Source: an uncultured bacterium (GTDB lineage: Bacteria; Margulisbacteria; WOR-1; CAVSGV01). From it: a stretch of DNA of 64,000 nt. Numbering within the stretch: the stretch's first letter is position 1; the number at the start of each line of letters is the position of its first letter. A program made the translations under genes and the position numbers. The stretch covers positions 129,576-193,575 of the forward strand of contig CAVYHE010000008.1 in NCBI GenBank assembly GCA_963768305.1, in the 5' to 3' direction. The notes below the pieces were generated by a model. That model did no database searches, was not told the DNA's origin, and saw only the letters and a program-made list of their open reading frames with translations. Positions 18,590 to 28,570 of the stretch are shown one piece after another.

Positions 18590-19900
18590 AATATGATATT
18601 GCAGTTATTGGCGCAGGCCCCGGCGGATACACCGCCGCGATACGAGCCGCCCAGCTCGGCAAAAAAGTCGTCCTCATCGAAAAGGACCTTGTCGGCGGCA
18701 GCTGCCTTAATTACGGATGCATCCCGACGAAAGCGCTCCACGCCAGCACAAAATTATTCACAAAGATAAAAAAAGCGGGCCAGCTGGGAATAAGCGTCGA
18801 GAACCCGGCGATCGACCTCTCAAAGATCGTCGACAGGAAAGACCGGGTGATAGGCCAGCTCAGAAAAGGCCTTGAATACCTTTTCCGTGAGAACAAGATC
18901 GACCTTGTAAGGGGCGAGGCAAAGCTCATCAGCCCGAAAGAGATCAAGGTCAACGATCAGGTGATCGAAGCTTCTAATTTGATACTTGCCACCGGCTCCA
19001 CGATCCCGGACAGGACGCCTTTCCCCATTGACGAAAAAAAAGTTTTCTCTACTACCGGCATTTTGAACCTGAGGACCATCCCGCGAACGATGGCGATAAT
19101 CGGGGCTGGGGCGGGCGGAGTGGAAATGGCCTGCGTGTTCAACGCTCTCGGGTCTAAGGTCTCCCTTTTCGAAATGCTGCCGATCGATCCTTCCCGCGGG
19201 TGATGCGGAGACAGCCAAAGCGCTGGAGCAATATCTTGTAAAGAAAGGGATAGATATCAAATCGAACACGAAACTGGAGGATATTTCAGGGTACGATGCC
19301 GTCCTTGTAAGCGTGGGAAGAAAGCTTGTCACGGACGGATTTGAAAAGATCGGGGTCAAGATGGAAAAAGGGAAAGTCCTGGTGAACGAGAAAATGCAGA
19401 CGAATATTTCGAACGTTTACGCGATAGGCGACATCACCGGAAAATATATGCTTGCGCACGCGGCTGCGCGAGAAGGAATAGTCGCGGCTGAGAACGCCTG
19501 CGGAAAAAGCGCGAAAATGGACTACCGTTTCATCCCCCAATGCGTTTATTCCGAGCCTGAGGTCGCGTCCGTAGGCTTAACGGAGGAAGAATCCAGAGCT
19601 AAATACAAAGACATTAAGATCGGCAAAGTTCCTTTAACCGCGTCTTCAAAGTCATTGATCGAGGATGAAAGGGATGGCTTCGTAAAAGTGATCGCCGACA
19701 GTTCAGGCAGGATATTGGGCGCGCACATATTAAGCAGCGAGGCCACGGAAATGATAGGCGAAGCCGTCCTTGCCATGAACAAAGGCATGAAAATGGACGA
19801 TATTATTTCCACGATCCACGCCCATCCGACAATGTATGAATCCATGGGAGAAGCGGCGGCAAACGCGCTTAAACAAGCTATCACCATACTAAATCGATGA
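18586..19900 (+). pseudogene. lpdA: dihydrolipoyl dehydrogenase, frame broken near 19182
   Basis: [25 protein letters not shown]...GGSCLNYGCIPTKAL in ORF 18586-19203. The sequence ILPAGDAETAKALEQYL...HAHPT continues in the +1 frame through ORF 19313-19900. Confidence 0.85.
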
Positions 19901-20733
19901 GCCCCCTCCCCCATTGGCTGATAAAAAGAACTCCCAAATCTGAGAACATTAAACTGATCAGAGGTCTTATCGGCGATCAAATTAATACGGTTTGCGAATC
20001 GGCGAAATGCCCGAATATCGGCGAGTGCTACAGCAGAAAGACCGTCACTTTCATGATCTTGGGGAATATCTGCACAAGAGGTTGCAGGTTCTGTGCTGTC
20101 GATGCGGGATCACCAACCCAGCCCGATCCGATGGAGCCGAAAAATGTCGCGGAGGCGTCAAAGAAGCTCGGATTAAAATATGTTGTTGTGACTTCGGTGA
20201 CAAGGGACGATCTTCCGGACGGCGGAGCAAGCTATTTCGCCAAGACCATCATTGAACTTAAAAAAACCAGCCCCGGAACAAAAGTGGAAGTGCTTATTCC
20301 AGATCTCAACGGAAAAGAAGAATCCTTGAAAACAGTTATCGATGCGAGACCGGATGTGCTTAACCACAATATTGAGATGGCGCCAAGATTGTACGGCAGC
20401 CACAGGCCGAGATCGAATTATTACACGTCGATAAATGTCCTTAGAACGGCAAAGAGGATAAACGGCAAAACAGTGATAAAGTCGGGATTTATGCTCGGGC
20501 TTGGCGAAAAAGACGATGAGATCCGCAGTTTGATGATGGAATTGAAATCAGCCGGCTGCGATATTGTAACCATCGGCCAGTACATCGCCCCTTCACAAGA
20601 CAGGGCAAAAGTTGTAGAATACATACGGCCTGAAAAATTCGACGAATACAGGGATTTTGGAGCGTCGATCGGCATAAAAAAAGTGATCTCCGGGCCTTTT
20701 GTCCGCAGCTCATATCTTGCCGATAAAATTTAA
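19897..20733 (+). CDS. lipA: lipoyl synthase
   Basis: CESAKCPNIGEC (CX4CX5C) plus CTRGCRFC (CX3CX2C). Confidence 0.95.
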   Translation: MSPLPHWLIKRTPKSENIKLIRGLIGDQINTVCESAKCPNIGECYSRKTVTFMILGNICTRGCRFCAVDAGSPTQPDPMEPKNVAEASKKLGLKYVVVTSVTRDDLPDGGASYFAKTIIELKKTSPGTKVEVLIPDLNGKEESLKTVIDARPDVLNHNIEMAPRLYGSHRPRSNYYTSINVLRTAKRINGKTVIKSGFMLGLGEKDDEIRSLMMELKSAGCDIVTIGQYIAPSQDRAKVVEYIRPEKFDEYRDFGASIGIKKVISGPFVRSSYLADKI

Positions 20734-20748
20734 TAAAGGATTAACTAA

Positions 20749-21914
20749 ATGGAAGAGGCAGAGAGACTACAGAAACTACCCACCTACATATTCGCCAAAC
20801 AGGACAAGCTAAAGCGGAGATGAGGAAAAAGGGAGCGGACCTTATCGACCTCGGGCTCGGAAGCCCGGACATCCCTCCGCCGAAAGAAGTCATTGATGAA
20901 ATGATCTCCGCCCTGAAAGACCCCGCCAATCACAGATATCCGCCTTTTGACGGCTCGCATGAATTCATACAGGCGATAATCAACTGGGTTAAACGCCAGT
21001 ACAATGTCCATGTTAATGATGAAGAGGTTGTCCTCTCATCGGCTCAAAAGAAGGCCTGGTACATCTTCAGTTCGCTTATTTGAACCCGGGAGACACAACG
21101 CTTGTCCCGATGCCCGCTTATCCCGCTCATTTCAGGGGCGCGATCCTGGCGGGAGCTGAGCCGGTGGTGCTTCCGACCACTGAAAGGACGGGTTTCCTTC
21201 CGAACCTGAAAATAATCGACGAATCCATCGCGAAGCGCGCAAAGATGCTTTTCCTGTCCTATCCGACAAACCCGACCGGCGCCTGCGTGCCTATAGAATT
21301 TTTCGAGGAAGCGGTCCATTTCGCGAAGAAATACGATCTCATTCTTGTCCACGATTTCGCTTACGCGGAGATATATTTTGACGGAAAGAAGCCGCCAAGC
21401 ATCATGACCGTTCCCGGGCGCAAAGGACGTCGCGATAGAATTCCACACCATGTCAAAGACTTTCGGCATGGCGGGATGGAGATGCGGATTCGCCGTCGGC
21501 AATAGGAATTTTATCGAATCGCTGAGAAAGATAAAGACAAACCTCGATTACGGGATGTTCAATGCGATACAGAAAGCCGCGATAAAAGCGTTAACAATGG
21601 AGAACGGATATATAGATAACGTGAGGGCGACATATCAGAGAAGAAGGGACCTGGTCATAGACCGCCTGAAAGAGCTGGGCTGGAACGTCCCGAAGCCAAA
21701 AGGCGCCATGTACGTGTGGTTGCCCATCCCGAAAGGCTTCAATTCATACGACTGGATGATGTATCTTATGGAAAAAGCCGGCGTCGTCGTCACCCCGGGG
21801 ATCGCTTTCGGCGAGCTTGGGGAAGGATATGCCAGGATATCATTGATAGATTCCGAAGAGAACCTGAATAAGGCTTTCGATCGCATGAAGAAAGCGGGAG
21901 TGAGATATGGATAG
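20749..21914 (+). pseudogene. class I/II pyridoxal-phosphate aminotransferase (AspAT/LL-DAP-AT-like), three frame breaks
   Basis: MEEAERLQKLPTYIFAKQDKLK / MRKKGADLIDLGLGSPD... / SKEGLVHLQFAYLNPGDTTLVPMPAYP... / DVAIEFHTMSKTFGMAGWRCGF... occur in successive frames. The breaks are near 20811, 21037 and 21430. Confidence 0.8.
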
Positions 21915-22911
21915 GCCTGTTGTCGCGGTAACAATGGGAGACGCTTCCGGGATAGGCCCGGAAATAATAGTAAAGGCGTTCCAGAACGCGGAAATACAGA
22001 ACATTTCGCGCACCATAGTGATCGGCGACGCCCGCATAATGAAGTCAGCCCTTAAATTCGCGAAAGACCACTCCATAGATATTAACCCGATAAAGGACGT
22101 GCAGGAAGCGCGCTTTGCAAGGGGCGTCATAGACGTGCTTGATCTTGCGAACCTTGAGCCGTCCAAAGTGAAGATCGGCCAGATCTGCGCGCCATGCGGA
22201 AAAGCGGCGATCGAATATCTGGAAAAAGCCATTAAGCTTGCAATGGGAAAAGATATTGACGCTATTGCCACGGCTCCCATAAACAAGGAGGCCATCCGCA
22301 AAGCAGGGTACAGGTTCGCGGGCCACACGGAGCTGCTCGCAAAAAGGACAAAGACAAAGAATTACGCGATGATGTTCGTCTCCGATCCGTTCTGGGTCAT
22401 GCTTGTCACGACGCACCTGCCGCTCAATAAAGTGAGCAAGGCGATCAATAAAAAGAAAGTCCTCCAGACGATCAAACTTGCCAATGAATTCCTTTACAAT
22501 ATCAGGGGAAAGAAACCGAAGATCGGCGTGGCAGGCTTAAATCCGCACGCGGGCGAAGGCGGGATATTCGGCAACGAAGAGAAAAAAGCGATAAAACCTG
22601 CGGTCGAGGAAGCAAAGAAGATGGGGATAAATGTCCGGGGACCTATATCTCCGGACGGGATATTTTACCTGGCGAAAAGCGGCTTGTTCGATATAGTGAT
22701 AGCAATGTACCACGATCAGGGATTGATCCCTCTTAAGCTTCTCTCTTTCAATAAGTCGGTCAATGTGACAGTGGGCCTTCCGATAATAAGGACATCCGTG
22801 GACCACGGCACGGGATTCGACATAGCGGGCAAAGGATGGGCAAATCCGGCCAGTCTTATTGAAGCCGTGAAGGTCGCCGCGCATTTCGCGAAATCCCGCA
22901 ACAATAAGTGA
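21907..22911 (+). CDS. pdxA: 4-hydroxythreonine-4-phosphate dehydrogenase
   Basis: GLNPHAGEGG, MYHDQGLIPLK and TSVDHGTGFDIAGKG motifs. Confidence 0.9.
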   Translation: MDRPVVAVTMGDASGIGPEIIVKAFQNAEIQNISRTIVIGDARIMKSALKFAKDHSIDINPIKDVQEARFARGVIDVLDLANLEPSKVKIGQICAPCGKAAIEYLEKAIKLAMGKDIDAIATAPINKEAIRKAGYRFAGHTELLAKRTKTKNYAMMFVSDPFWVMLVTTHLPLNKVSKAINKKKVLQTIKLANEFLYNIRGKKPKIGVAGLNPHAGEGGIFGNEEKKAIKPAVEEAKKMGINVRGPISPDGIFYLAKSGLFDIVIAMYHDQGLIPLKLLSFNKSVNVTVGLPIIRTSVDHGTGFDIAGKGWANPASLIEAVKVAAHFAKSRNNK

Positions 22912-23717
22912 TCCGGGAAACTCTACGCAAGTTCAACATCAGGCTTAATAAGGACCTCGGCCAGAATTTCCTTCCTGACAAGGACGCCTTGGATCGTATC
23001 GTTAAAGCCGCTGAAGTTTCGAAGGACGATTTGATACTTGAGATCGGCACAGGCATAGGCACTCTCACAAAACCTCTTGCACAAAAAGCCGGCTTCGTTG
23101 TGTCTGTCGAAATAGATGACAAGCTTATCCCCGCCGCGAAAGAATATCTTGCAGGGATCGATAACATTGAATTGATCAATGAGGATGTGATGAAGCTTGA
23201 TATTCCGTCAGTTATCAAAAAACATCCGAAATTCAAGACGGCAAAAGTCGTATCCAACCTCCCCTACTGCATAACGACGCCGCTTATTTCTAAATTGCTG
23301 AAACGCGAAAACAAATTCAGGCTGATGGTCATAACCATTCAAAAGGAAGTTGCGAAACGGATAGTCAGCCCGCCGGGAGGCAAGGAATACGGGGCTTTTA
23401 CGGTCTTCGTTAATTATTATGCGAAGCCTAAAATAATTTCATACCTTTCGAAAACATCTTTCATACCGCAGCCGGAAGTCGACTCGGCAATATTAAAGCT
23501 GGAAGTCCTGGCCAAGCCGTCGGTTGATGTTAAAGATGAGAAATTGTTTTTCAGGGTCTATCGCGCGGCTTTCAACCAGAGGCGGAAAATGTTGAAGAAC
23601 GCCCTCCAGGCCGCTCACATAGAATGGCCGGCTGACACGGATATTGACGGAAGGCGCCGTGGAGAGACGCTGTCGATCGAAGAATTTGCTAAGCTTTCGA
23701 ATCTGATCTCTGCCTGA
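22908..23717 (+). CDS. rsmA: 16S rRNA (adenine1518/1519-N6)-dimethyltransferase
   Basis: LGQNFL, ILEIGTGIGTLT and NLPYCITTP motifs. pdxA-rsmA adjacency as in many bacteria. Confidence 0.9.
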   Translation: MIRETLRKFNIRLNKDLGQNFLPDKDALDRIVKAAEVSKDDLILEIGTGIGTLTKPLAQKAGFVVSVEIDDKLIPAAKEYLAGIDNIELINEDVMKLDIPSVIKKHPKFKTAKVVSNLPYCITTPLISKLLKRENKFRLMVITIQKEVAKRIVSPPGGKEYGAFTVFVNYYAKPKIISYLSKTSFIPQPEVDSAILKLEVLAKPSVDVKDEKLFFRVYRAAFNQRRKMLKNALQAAHIEWPADTDIDGRRRGETLSIEEFAKLSNLISA

Positions 23718-23745
23718 TCCTCTCTTAAAATAACCCTAAAAAAAA

Positions 23746-23774
23746 GTGAAATTTTCGGACGAATGTCTCGATAT
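23746..23774 (+). promoter_or_regulatory. GTGAAAT-N16-CGATAT motif copy facing the 23794-24486 gene
   Basis: GTGAAAT at 23746-23752, 16-nt spacer, CGATAT at 23769-23774. An A8 tract lies upstream. The ATG is 19 nt downstream. Confidence 0.5.
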
Positions 23775-23793
23775 ATATTTGTAGGGAAATTTT

Positions 23794-24486
23794 ATGTTAG
23801 AACTTTACAAAATACCATGTATCACGGGAAAGAACTTTCGAAAAACCGAATTCGTCGGATTTAACAGCGTTCAGGTTGATAAGCTTGCTCTATTAGCAAA
23901 GAAAGGCGTCTTTTTCACAAGATCTGTGCTTTTGGCTTTACGCAACCATCCTAATGCATCTCAAGGGCTAACTGGGTTCCTAAATAAGGCGGTTGAGTGG
24001 CCCACGTTCAGATCAGATGATCTGAATTATGCAGCTAAAAAAACTTTCGGCTCATTCCCATTCCGTTTATCCCAGATACCGGCTTATTGTTTGGATGAAG
24101 GGTTCTTATGCGCCCACAAAAAAGTTAAAACGCTTATTGCTTCTTGGGATGACAGCACGGTACCATATCCAAAGGAGTTGGAAATAAAGCTCACAGGAGA
24201 AATCGGTAACACTGAGCTCGCCGAAAAGATCCTGCCATTATTAAGGATACATGTTCAAGTATGGAGACAAAAATGGGATGATTATCCGGAAACTTCAAGC
24301 TTATATGGGGAGTTTGCAAAAATCTATGTTCATGAAACAATCAATAAAGCTTTAAAGGAAGCTTTGCCAAACTTATCCGCTTATACTCCTCATCATGAAG
24401 GGCCATCAATATTTCAGATCAGTGATACATATACAATAATAGCTGTTGTCAAAAAAGCTCCGTCAACTCCCCATTCAATTTGGTGA
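23794..24486 (+). CDS. hypothetical protein (230 aa)
   Basis: Long ORF with no competing frame and no domain I recognise. Confidence 0.55.
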   Translation: MLELYKIPCITGKNFRKTEFVGFNSVQVDKLALLAKKGVFFTRSVLLALRNHPNASQGLTGFLNKAVEWPTFRSDDLNYAAKKTFGSFPFRLSQIPAYCLDEGFLCAHKKVKTLIASWDDSTVPYPKELEIKLTGEIGNTELAEKILPLLRIHVQVWRQKWDDYPETSSLYGEFAKIYVHETINKALKEALPNLSAYTPHHEGPSIFQISDTYTIIAVVKKAPSTPHSIW

Positions 24487-24542
24487 TCTTTTTAATATAG
24501 CACCCAAATATTCTTATATAAGTTTATCCTGATCTTATCAAA

Positions 24543-24571
24543 TTGACCTCTATCTAATGTAAAGCTATAAT
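24543..24571 (+). promoter_or_regulatory. sigma70-type promoter TTGACC-17 nt-TATAAT for the mdh operon
   Basis: TTGACC at 24543-24548 and TATAAT at 24566-24571. GAGGTG RBS, then the TTG start at 24592. Confidence 0.6.
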
Positions 24572-24591
24572 GAACCTCACGAGGTGAAAAT

Positions 24592-25518
24592 TTGAAGCAT
24601 AAGGTATCGGTTTTCGGCGCGGGCAACGTAGGAGCGGAAACGGCAAGGCGGATAGCGGAAAAGGATCTTGCCGATGTCGTTCTGGTGGACATAATCGACG
24701 GCATCCCCCAGGGAAAAGCGCTTGATATCCTCCAATCAGGCCCCGTACAGGGCTTCGACGGCAAGATCGAAGGCACGAACGATCCTTCGATGATCGAAAA
24801 CTCTGATATCGTGGTCGTTACTGCCGGCCTCGCAAGAAAGCCGGGAATGAGCAGGGATGACCTTCAGGCGGTCAATGCCAACATCGTCAAGGGCATTACC
24901 GAAAATATCAAGAAGTTCGCTCCAAATTCGATAATAATAATGGTGACGAACCCTCTGGACGTGATGACATATTTGGCGTGGAAAGTCAGCGGTTTTGAGA
25001 GCCGAAAAGTTTTCGGAATGGCGGGTCTTCTTGACACGGCAAGGATGATAACTTTTATATCGATGGAAACCGGCATCCCCTCTTCAAAAATACAGGCGAT
25101 GGTCCTGGGCGGCCACGGGGACTTGATGGTTCCGATCATCAGCCAGGTTAAGGCTGACGGAAAGCCGCTTGAAAAATTGATCTCTAAGCAAAAGATCGAT
25201 GAGATAGTCAAAAGGACCGCGAATGGCGGAGCGGAGATAGTCAATCTGCTTAAAACCGGTAGCGCGTATTACGCGCCTTCCGCTTCTGCCGCGGCGATGG
25301 CGGAAGCGATCATAAAGAACAGCGGAAAGGTAATTCCCAGCGCTGTCATCATGAACGGGGAATACGGATTGAACAATATTTGTTTCGGCGTTCCTGCGAA
25401 GATAGGAAAGAACGGCATCGAAAAAGTGATCGAACTTAAACTGACAAATCAGGAGCATGAAATGCTGTTGAAGTCCGCCAATTCTGTTAAAGAAAATATT
25501 GCGAAACTAAATATATGA
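24592..25518 (+). CDS. mdh: malate dehydrogenase (LDH-like family)
   Basis: KVSVFGAGNVGAETA Rossmann motif and LDH/MDH-like sequence throughout. Confidence 0.9.
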   Translation: MKHKVSVFGAGNVGAETARRIAEKDLADVVLVDIIDGIPQGKALDILQSGPVQGFDGKIEGTNDPSMIENSDIVVVTAGLARKPGMSRDDLQAVNANIVKGITENIKKFAPNSIIIMVTNPLDVMTYLAWKVSGFESRKVFGMAGLLDTARMITFISMETGIPSSKIQAMVLGGHGDLMVPIISQVKADGKPLEKLISKQKIDEIVKRTANGGAEIVNLLKTGSAYYAPSASAAAMAEAIIKNSGKVIPSAVIMNGEYGLNNICFGVPAKIGKNGIEKVIELKLTNQEHEMLLKSANSVKENIAKLNI

Positions 25519-26357
25519 AACAGATCGAAGCAAAAAAAATAACTGAAACTGTCCGCGACCTCTGCATACAGGCGAACTATGAACTCTCCGATGAAATGGT
25601 TGCTCTTCTGAATAAGGCTTTAAAAAATGAAAAGTCCGGCAACGGCAGGGAAGTTATCAGGGAACTGATAAGCAATGCCGATATCGCGAAGAAGGCAAGA
25701 TATCCTGTCTGTCAGGACACAGGGCTTGCGCTGGTATTCCTTGAGATCGGCCAGGATGTGATGATAACCGGCGGAAATCTGACCGAAGCCGTCAATGAGG
25801 GGGTCAGCCGCGGTTATAAAGAAGGCTATTTAAGGACTTCTGTTGTTCACGATCCTTTTCAGAGAAAGAACACAAATGACAATACTCCTGCGATCATACA
25901 CACTGATATTGTCCCGGGTGAAAAGATCAAAATAACTTTCATGGCAAAGGGCGGCGGATGCGAGAATGTGGGCGCGTATAAAATGTTCAAGCCCGGAGCC
26001 GGCAGGGAAGAGGTTGAACAATTCGTCGTTGAAACTGTTAAAAATGCGGGCGCGAACCCCTGCCCTCCTATAATTGTCGGGGTTGGGATCGGCGGAAACC
26101 AGGAGCGCTCTGCTTTCCTTGCCAAAAAAGCGCTTCTCCGGGAGATAGGAAAACAGAGCTCAAACAAAGAAACCCATCAGATGGAAAAAGATCTTTTTGA
26201 AAAGATAAACAAGCTGGGGATCGGCCCAGAAGGCCTGGGCGGAACGACCACCGCGCTTGCCGTCCACATTGAAACAGCGCCCTGCCACATTGCCAGCCTG
26301 CCGGTCACTGTCAGTATTGATTGCCATGCGCATCGCGTTAAAGAGGCGGTCATATAA
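25515..26357 (+). CDS. class I fumarate hydratase, alpha (N-terminal) subunit; tartrate dehydratase alpha not excluded
   Basis: YPVCQDTGLALVFLEIG and GGGCENVG motifs of Fe-S hydro-lyases. Confidence 0.85.
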   Translation: MKQIEAKKITETVRDLCIQANYELSDEMVALLNKALKNEKSGNGREVIRELISNADIAKKARYPVCQDTGLALVFLEIGQDVMITGGNLTEAVNEGVSRGYKEGYLRTSVVHDPFQRKNTNDNTPAIIHTDIVPGEKIKITFMAKGGGCENVGAYKMFKPGAGREEVEQFVVETVKNAGANPCPPIIVGVGIGGNQERSAFLAKKALLREIGKQSSNKETHQMEKDLFEKINKLGIGPEGLGGTTTALAVHIETAPCHIASLPVTVSIDCHAHRVKEAVI

Positions 26358-26902
26358 TGATAAAGAAGATAACAACGCCGCTGACGGCCAAAGAGATCAA
26401 GTCATTAAAGACCGGAGACAATGTCCTGATAACCGGCACTATTTATACGGCGAGGGACGCGGCTCACAAAAGACTGCTTTTTGACATAAAAAAGCCTCCG
26501 ATAAATCTGAGAGACACGATCATCTACTACTGCGGCCCGACTCCCGCGATGCCCGGGCGTCCTGTCGGATCCGCAGGTCCCACGACAAGCGGAAGGATGG
26601 ACGGATTTATCGAGCCGCTCCTGAAAGTAGGGCTTAAAGGAATGATCGGAAAAGGCCAGCGTTCAAAAGAAGCAAGAGCCCTAATGAAAAAATACAAGGC
26701 GATTTACTTTGTTGCGACCGGCGGAGCGGGCGCCCTGCTCGCGAAGCATATCAAGTCATCAAAAATAGCGGCATATTCCGACCTGGGACCGGAGGCAATA
26801 TATGAATTCCAGGTAGTTGACTTTCCTGCTATAGTAGCCGATGATATTAAAGGCAAGGATATCTTTGATGAAGGAATAAAAAAATACAGGAGGAGAACAT
26901 AA
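26357..26902 (+). CDS. class I fumarate hydratase, beta (C-terminal) subunit
   Basis: GTIYTARDAAHKRL...GPTTSGRMD motif. 1-nt overlap with the alpha subunit. Confidence 0.85.
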   Translation: MIKKITTPLTAKEIKSLKTGDNVLITGTIYTARDAAHKRLLFDIKKPPINLRDTIIYYCGPTPAMPGRPVGSAGPTTSGRMDGFIEPLLKVGLKGMIGKGQRSKEARALMKKYKAIYFVATGGAGALLAKHIKSSKIAAYSDLGPEAIYEFQVVDFPAIVADDIKGKDIFDEGIKKYRRRT

Positions 26903-27864
26903 TGACAAAATCCAAAAACCAAAATCAATCAATTTCAAAATGTTTAATTATTTGTATTTTGATCTTCATTTGTAATTTGTCATTGAACATTTGTCATTAC
27001 TCCTTCGCTGCCGCGAAGGAGTACGATGGTGTCTGGTTCCTCGGTTTTAACTTGAATACCGCCCTTTTCGGCGATGAGAACGGCAAGCCTGTCAGGCAGG
27101 CCGTTGCCATGGCGATCAACAGGAATAAGATCGCAAATAAGATCGTCGGAGATGAAGTCGTCCCGATCGGCATAATCCCTCCAGGAATGGAAGGCTATGA
27201 CCCCACGCTTTTGCCTTATCCCCATGATATCGCCCAGGCAAAAACACTGATGAAGGCATCCGGATATCCCTTATATGACAAGCGATTGAAAAATATTACC
27301 TTGCTTATGACCGACGGGGAAAAGACGAAAGCTATTGTTAATGAGATAAAGATCAATCTGATAAATCTCGGTTTTAACATAACCACCACAACCATTAAAT
27401 ACTCAAACACAAAACTCTGGGAAAAAGAGCTGATGTCCGGCAGGTATGATCTGTTCGTGATGGGATACAAGGCCGGGAGCGTTGGGGAGATATTCATAGG
27501 CGACAAAGCATCAAAGATCTTTCACACGTTCAACTGCTTCAAGAACACGACGGTCGAAGCTGACATTCAATATTTTGATAATTACAACGATGCTGTCGCC
27601 GCAGGCTTCACCCCTGATACTGTCTGCAATCCTCAACCGGAAAAACAAACCACGACGCTGGAGCTTGTGCTCCCGCTTTTCTACAAGACCGGCGAGGCGA
27701 ACGCGACGCATTTTCATAATATGATATCGGACGCCCTGGCGGATCAGATCAAATTAACAGATGAAAAACATGCCGCATTAAGAAAAGATGATTTTGAAGA
27801 GATAGGCCACATTATCTGGGAAGAGATCCCCGTTGTTCCTCTCTTTTACATCTCGAAAATATGA
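26902..27864 (+). CDS. secreted solute-binding-protein-family-5-like fragment with Ada-type Zn-binding-like insert
   Basis: Signal peptide ending SFAAA. VRQAVAMAINRNKI...DLFVMGYKA resembles peptide/nickel SBPs but at 320 aa is too short. IFHTFNC...AAGFTPDTVC resembles the Ada metal-binding motif. Confidence 0.45.
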   Translation: MTKSKNQNQSISKCLIICILIFICNLSLNICHYSFAAAKEYDGVWFLGFNLNTALFGDENGKPVRQAVAMAINRNKIANKIVGDEVVPIGIIPPGMEGYDPTLLPYPHDIAQAKTLMKASGYPLYDKRLKNITLLMTDGEKTKAIVNEIKINLINLGFNITTTTIKYSNTKLWEKELMSGRYDLFVMGYKAGSVGEIFIGDKASKIFHTFNCFKNTTVEADIQYFDNYNDAVAAGFTPDTVCNPQPEKQTTTLELVLPLFYKTGEANATHFHNMISDALADQIKLTDEKHAALRKDDFEEIGHIIWEEIPVVPLFYISKI

Positions 27865-28085
27865 ACCAGCTTGATTATTATTACAAAGTGAACAAGAGCG
27901 ATGTTTCATTCATCTGCTCATATCTGGAGGCATTCGAGGGTATGGCCGCCATACGGACGCCGAACCCGAAACCCGGCGAGGAGGCGATCCTTCACATGAT
28001 GGTAACGCCGGATTTTAATGACCAGTTCGAAGAGCTGATCGGAAAACTGAGCAAAGAAACGCTGATGGAAAAGACCGAGCCTTGA
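27861..28085 (+). CDS. DUF4911-like small protein
   Basis: YYKVNKSDVSFICSYLEAFEGMAAIRT...MMVTPDF pattern, recalled from memory as the DUF4911 family. Confidence 0.5.
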   Translation: MNQLDYYYKVNKSDVSFICSYLEAFEGMAAIRTPNPKPGEEAILHMMVTPDFNDQFEELIGKLSKETLMEKTEP

Positions 28086-28570
28086 AAATATTCCACCCTA
28101 AGCTCCGCGTCAAGGAAGTTCAGTCGATTGATCTGGCAGGATTGAAAGCAATGGGGATAGACAGCTTGATCATCGATCTGGATGAAACGCTCAGAAAAAG
28201 GAATTCTCACGATATTCCCGAAAAATCAATAAGATGGATCCAAGATGTTAAGGCACGGGGTTTCAAGGTCTGCATCACCTCAAATAATCCGTTCGGCTGG
28301 AGAACAGAAAATGTCCAGGAAAAGCTTAAGGTCCCGGTTTCTTTTCTGTCGTTCAAGCCTTTCCCGTTCGCTTTCTGGCAGGCCATGCAACAGCTAGGTT
28401 CCACGCCTGCGACCACAGCTTTAGTCGGTGATCAATTATTCACGGACATTCTCGGCGCGAACATTTTGGGGATACATACCATTCTTGTCGATCCGATAAC
28501 CGGGATTGAAATGGGTTTTTTCAGAAAGCAGATGCGTAAGCTGGAAAACATGATACTGGGGTCAGGTTAA
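28082..28570 (+). CDS. YqeG-family HAD-IIIA phosphatase
   Basis: IIDLDETL, ITSNN and VGDQLFTDILGAN motifs. Confidence 0.8.
   Translation: MKIFHPKLRVKEVQSIDLAGLKAMGIDSLIIDLDETLRKRNSHDIPEKSIRWIQDVKARGFKVCITSNNPFGWRTENVQEKLKVPVSFLSFKPFPFAFWQAMQQLGSTPATTALVGDQLFTDILGANILGIHTILVDPITGIEMGFFRKQMRKLENMILGSG

Noticed and set aside
19182-19189. GATCGATC, considered as a 4-nt tandem duplication causing the lpdA frameshift.
   Set aside because: Removing GATC restores the frame but shortens the conserved EMLPxILP block by one residue. A single-base insertion in the codon before ILP explains it equally well or better, and the two cannot be distinguished without reads.
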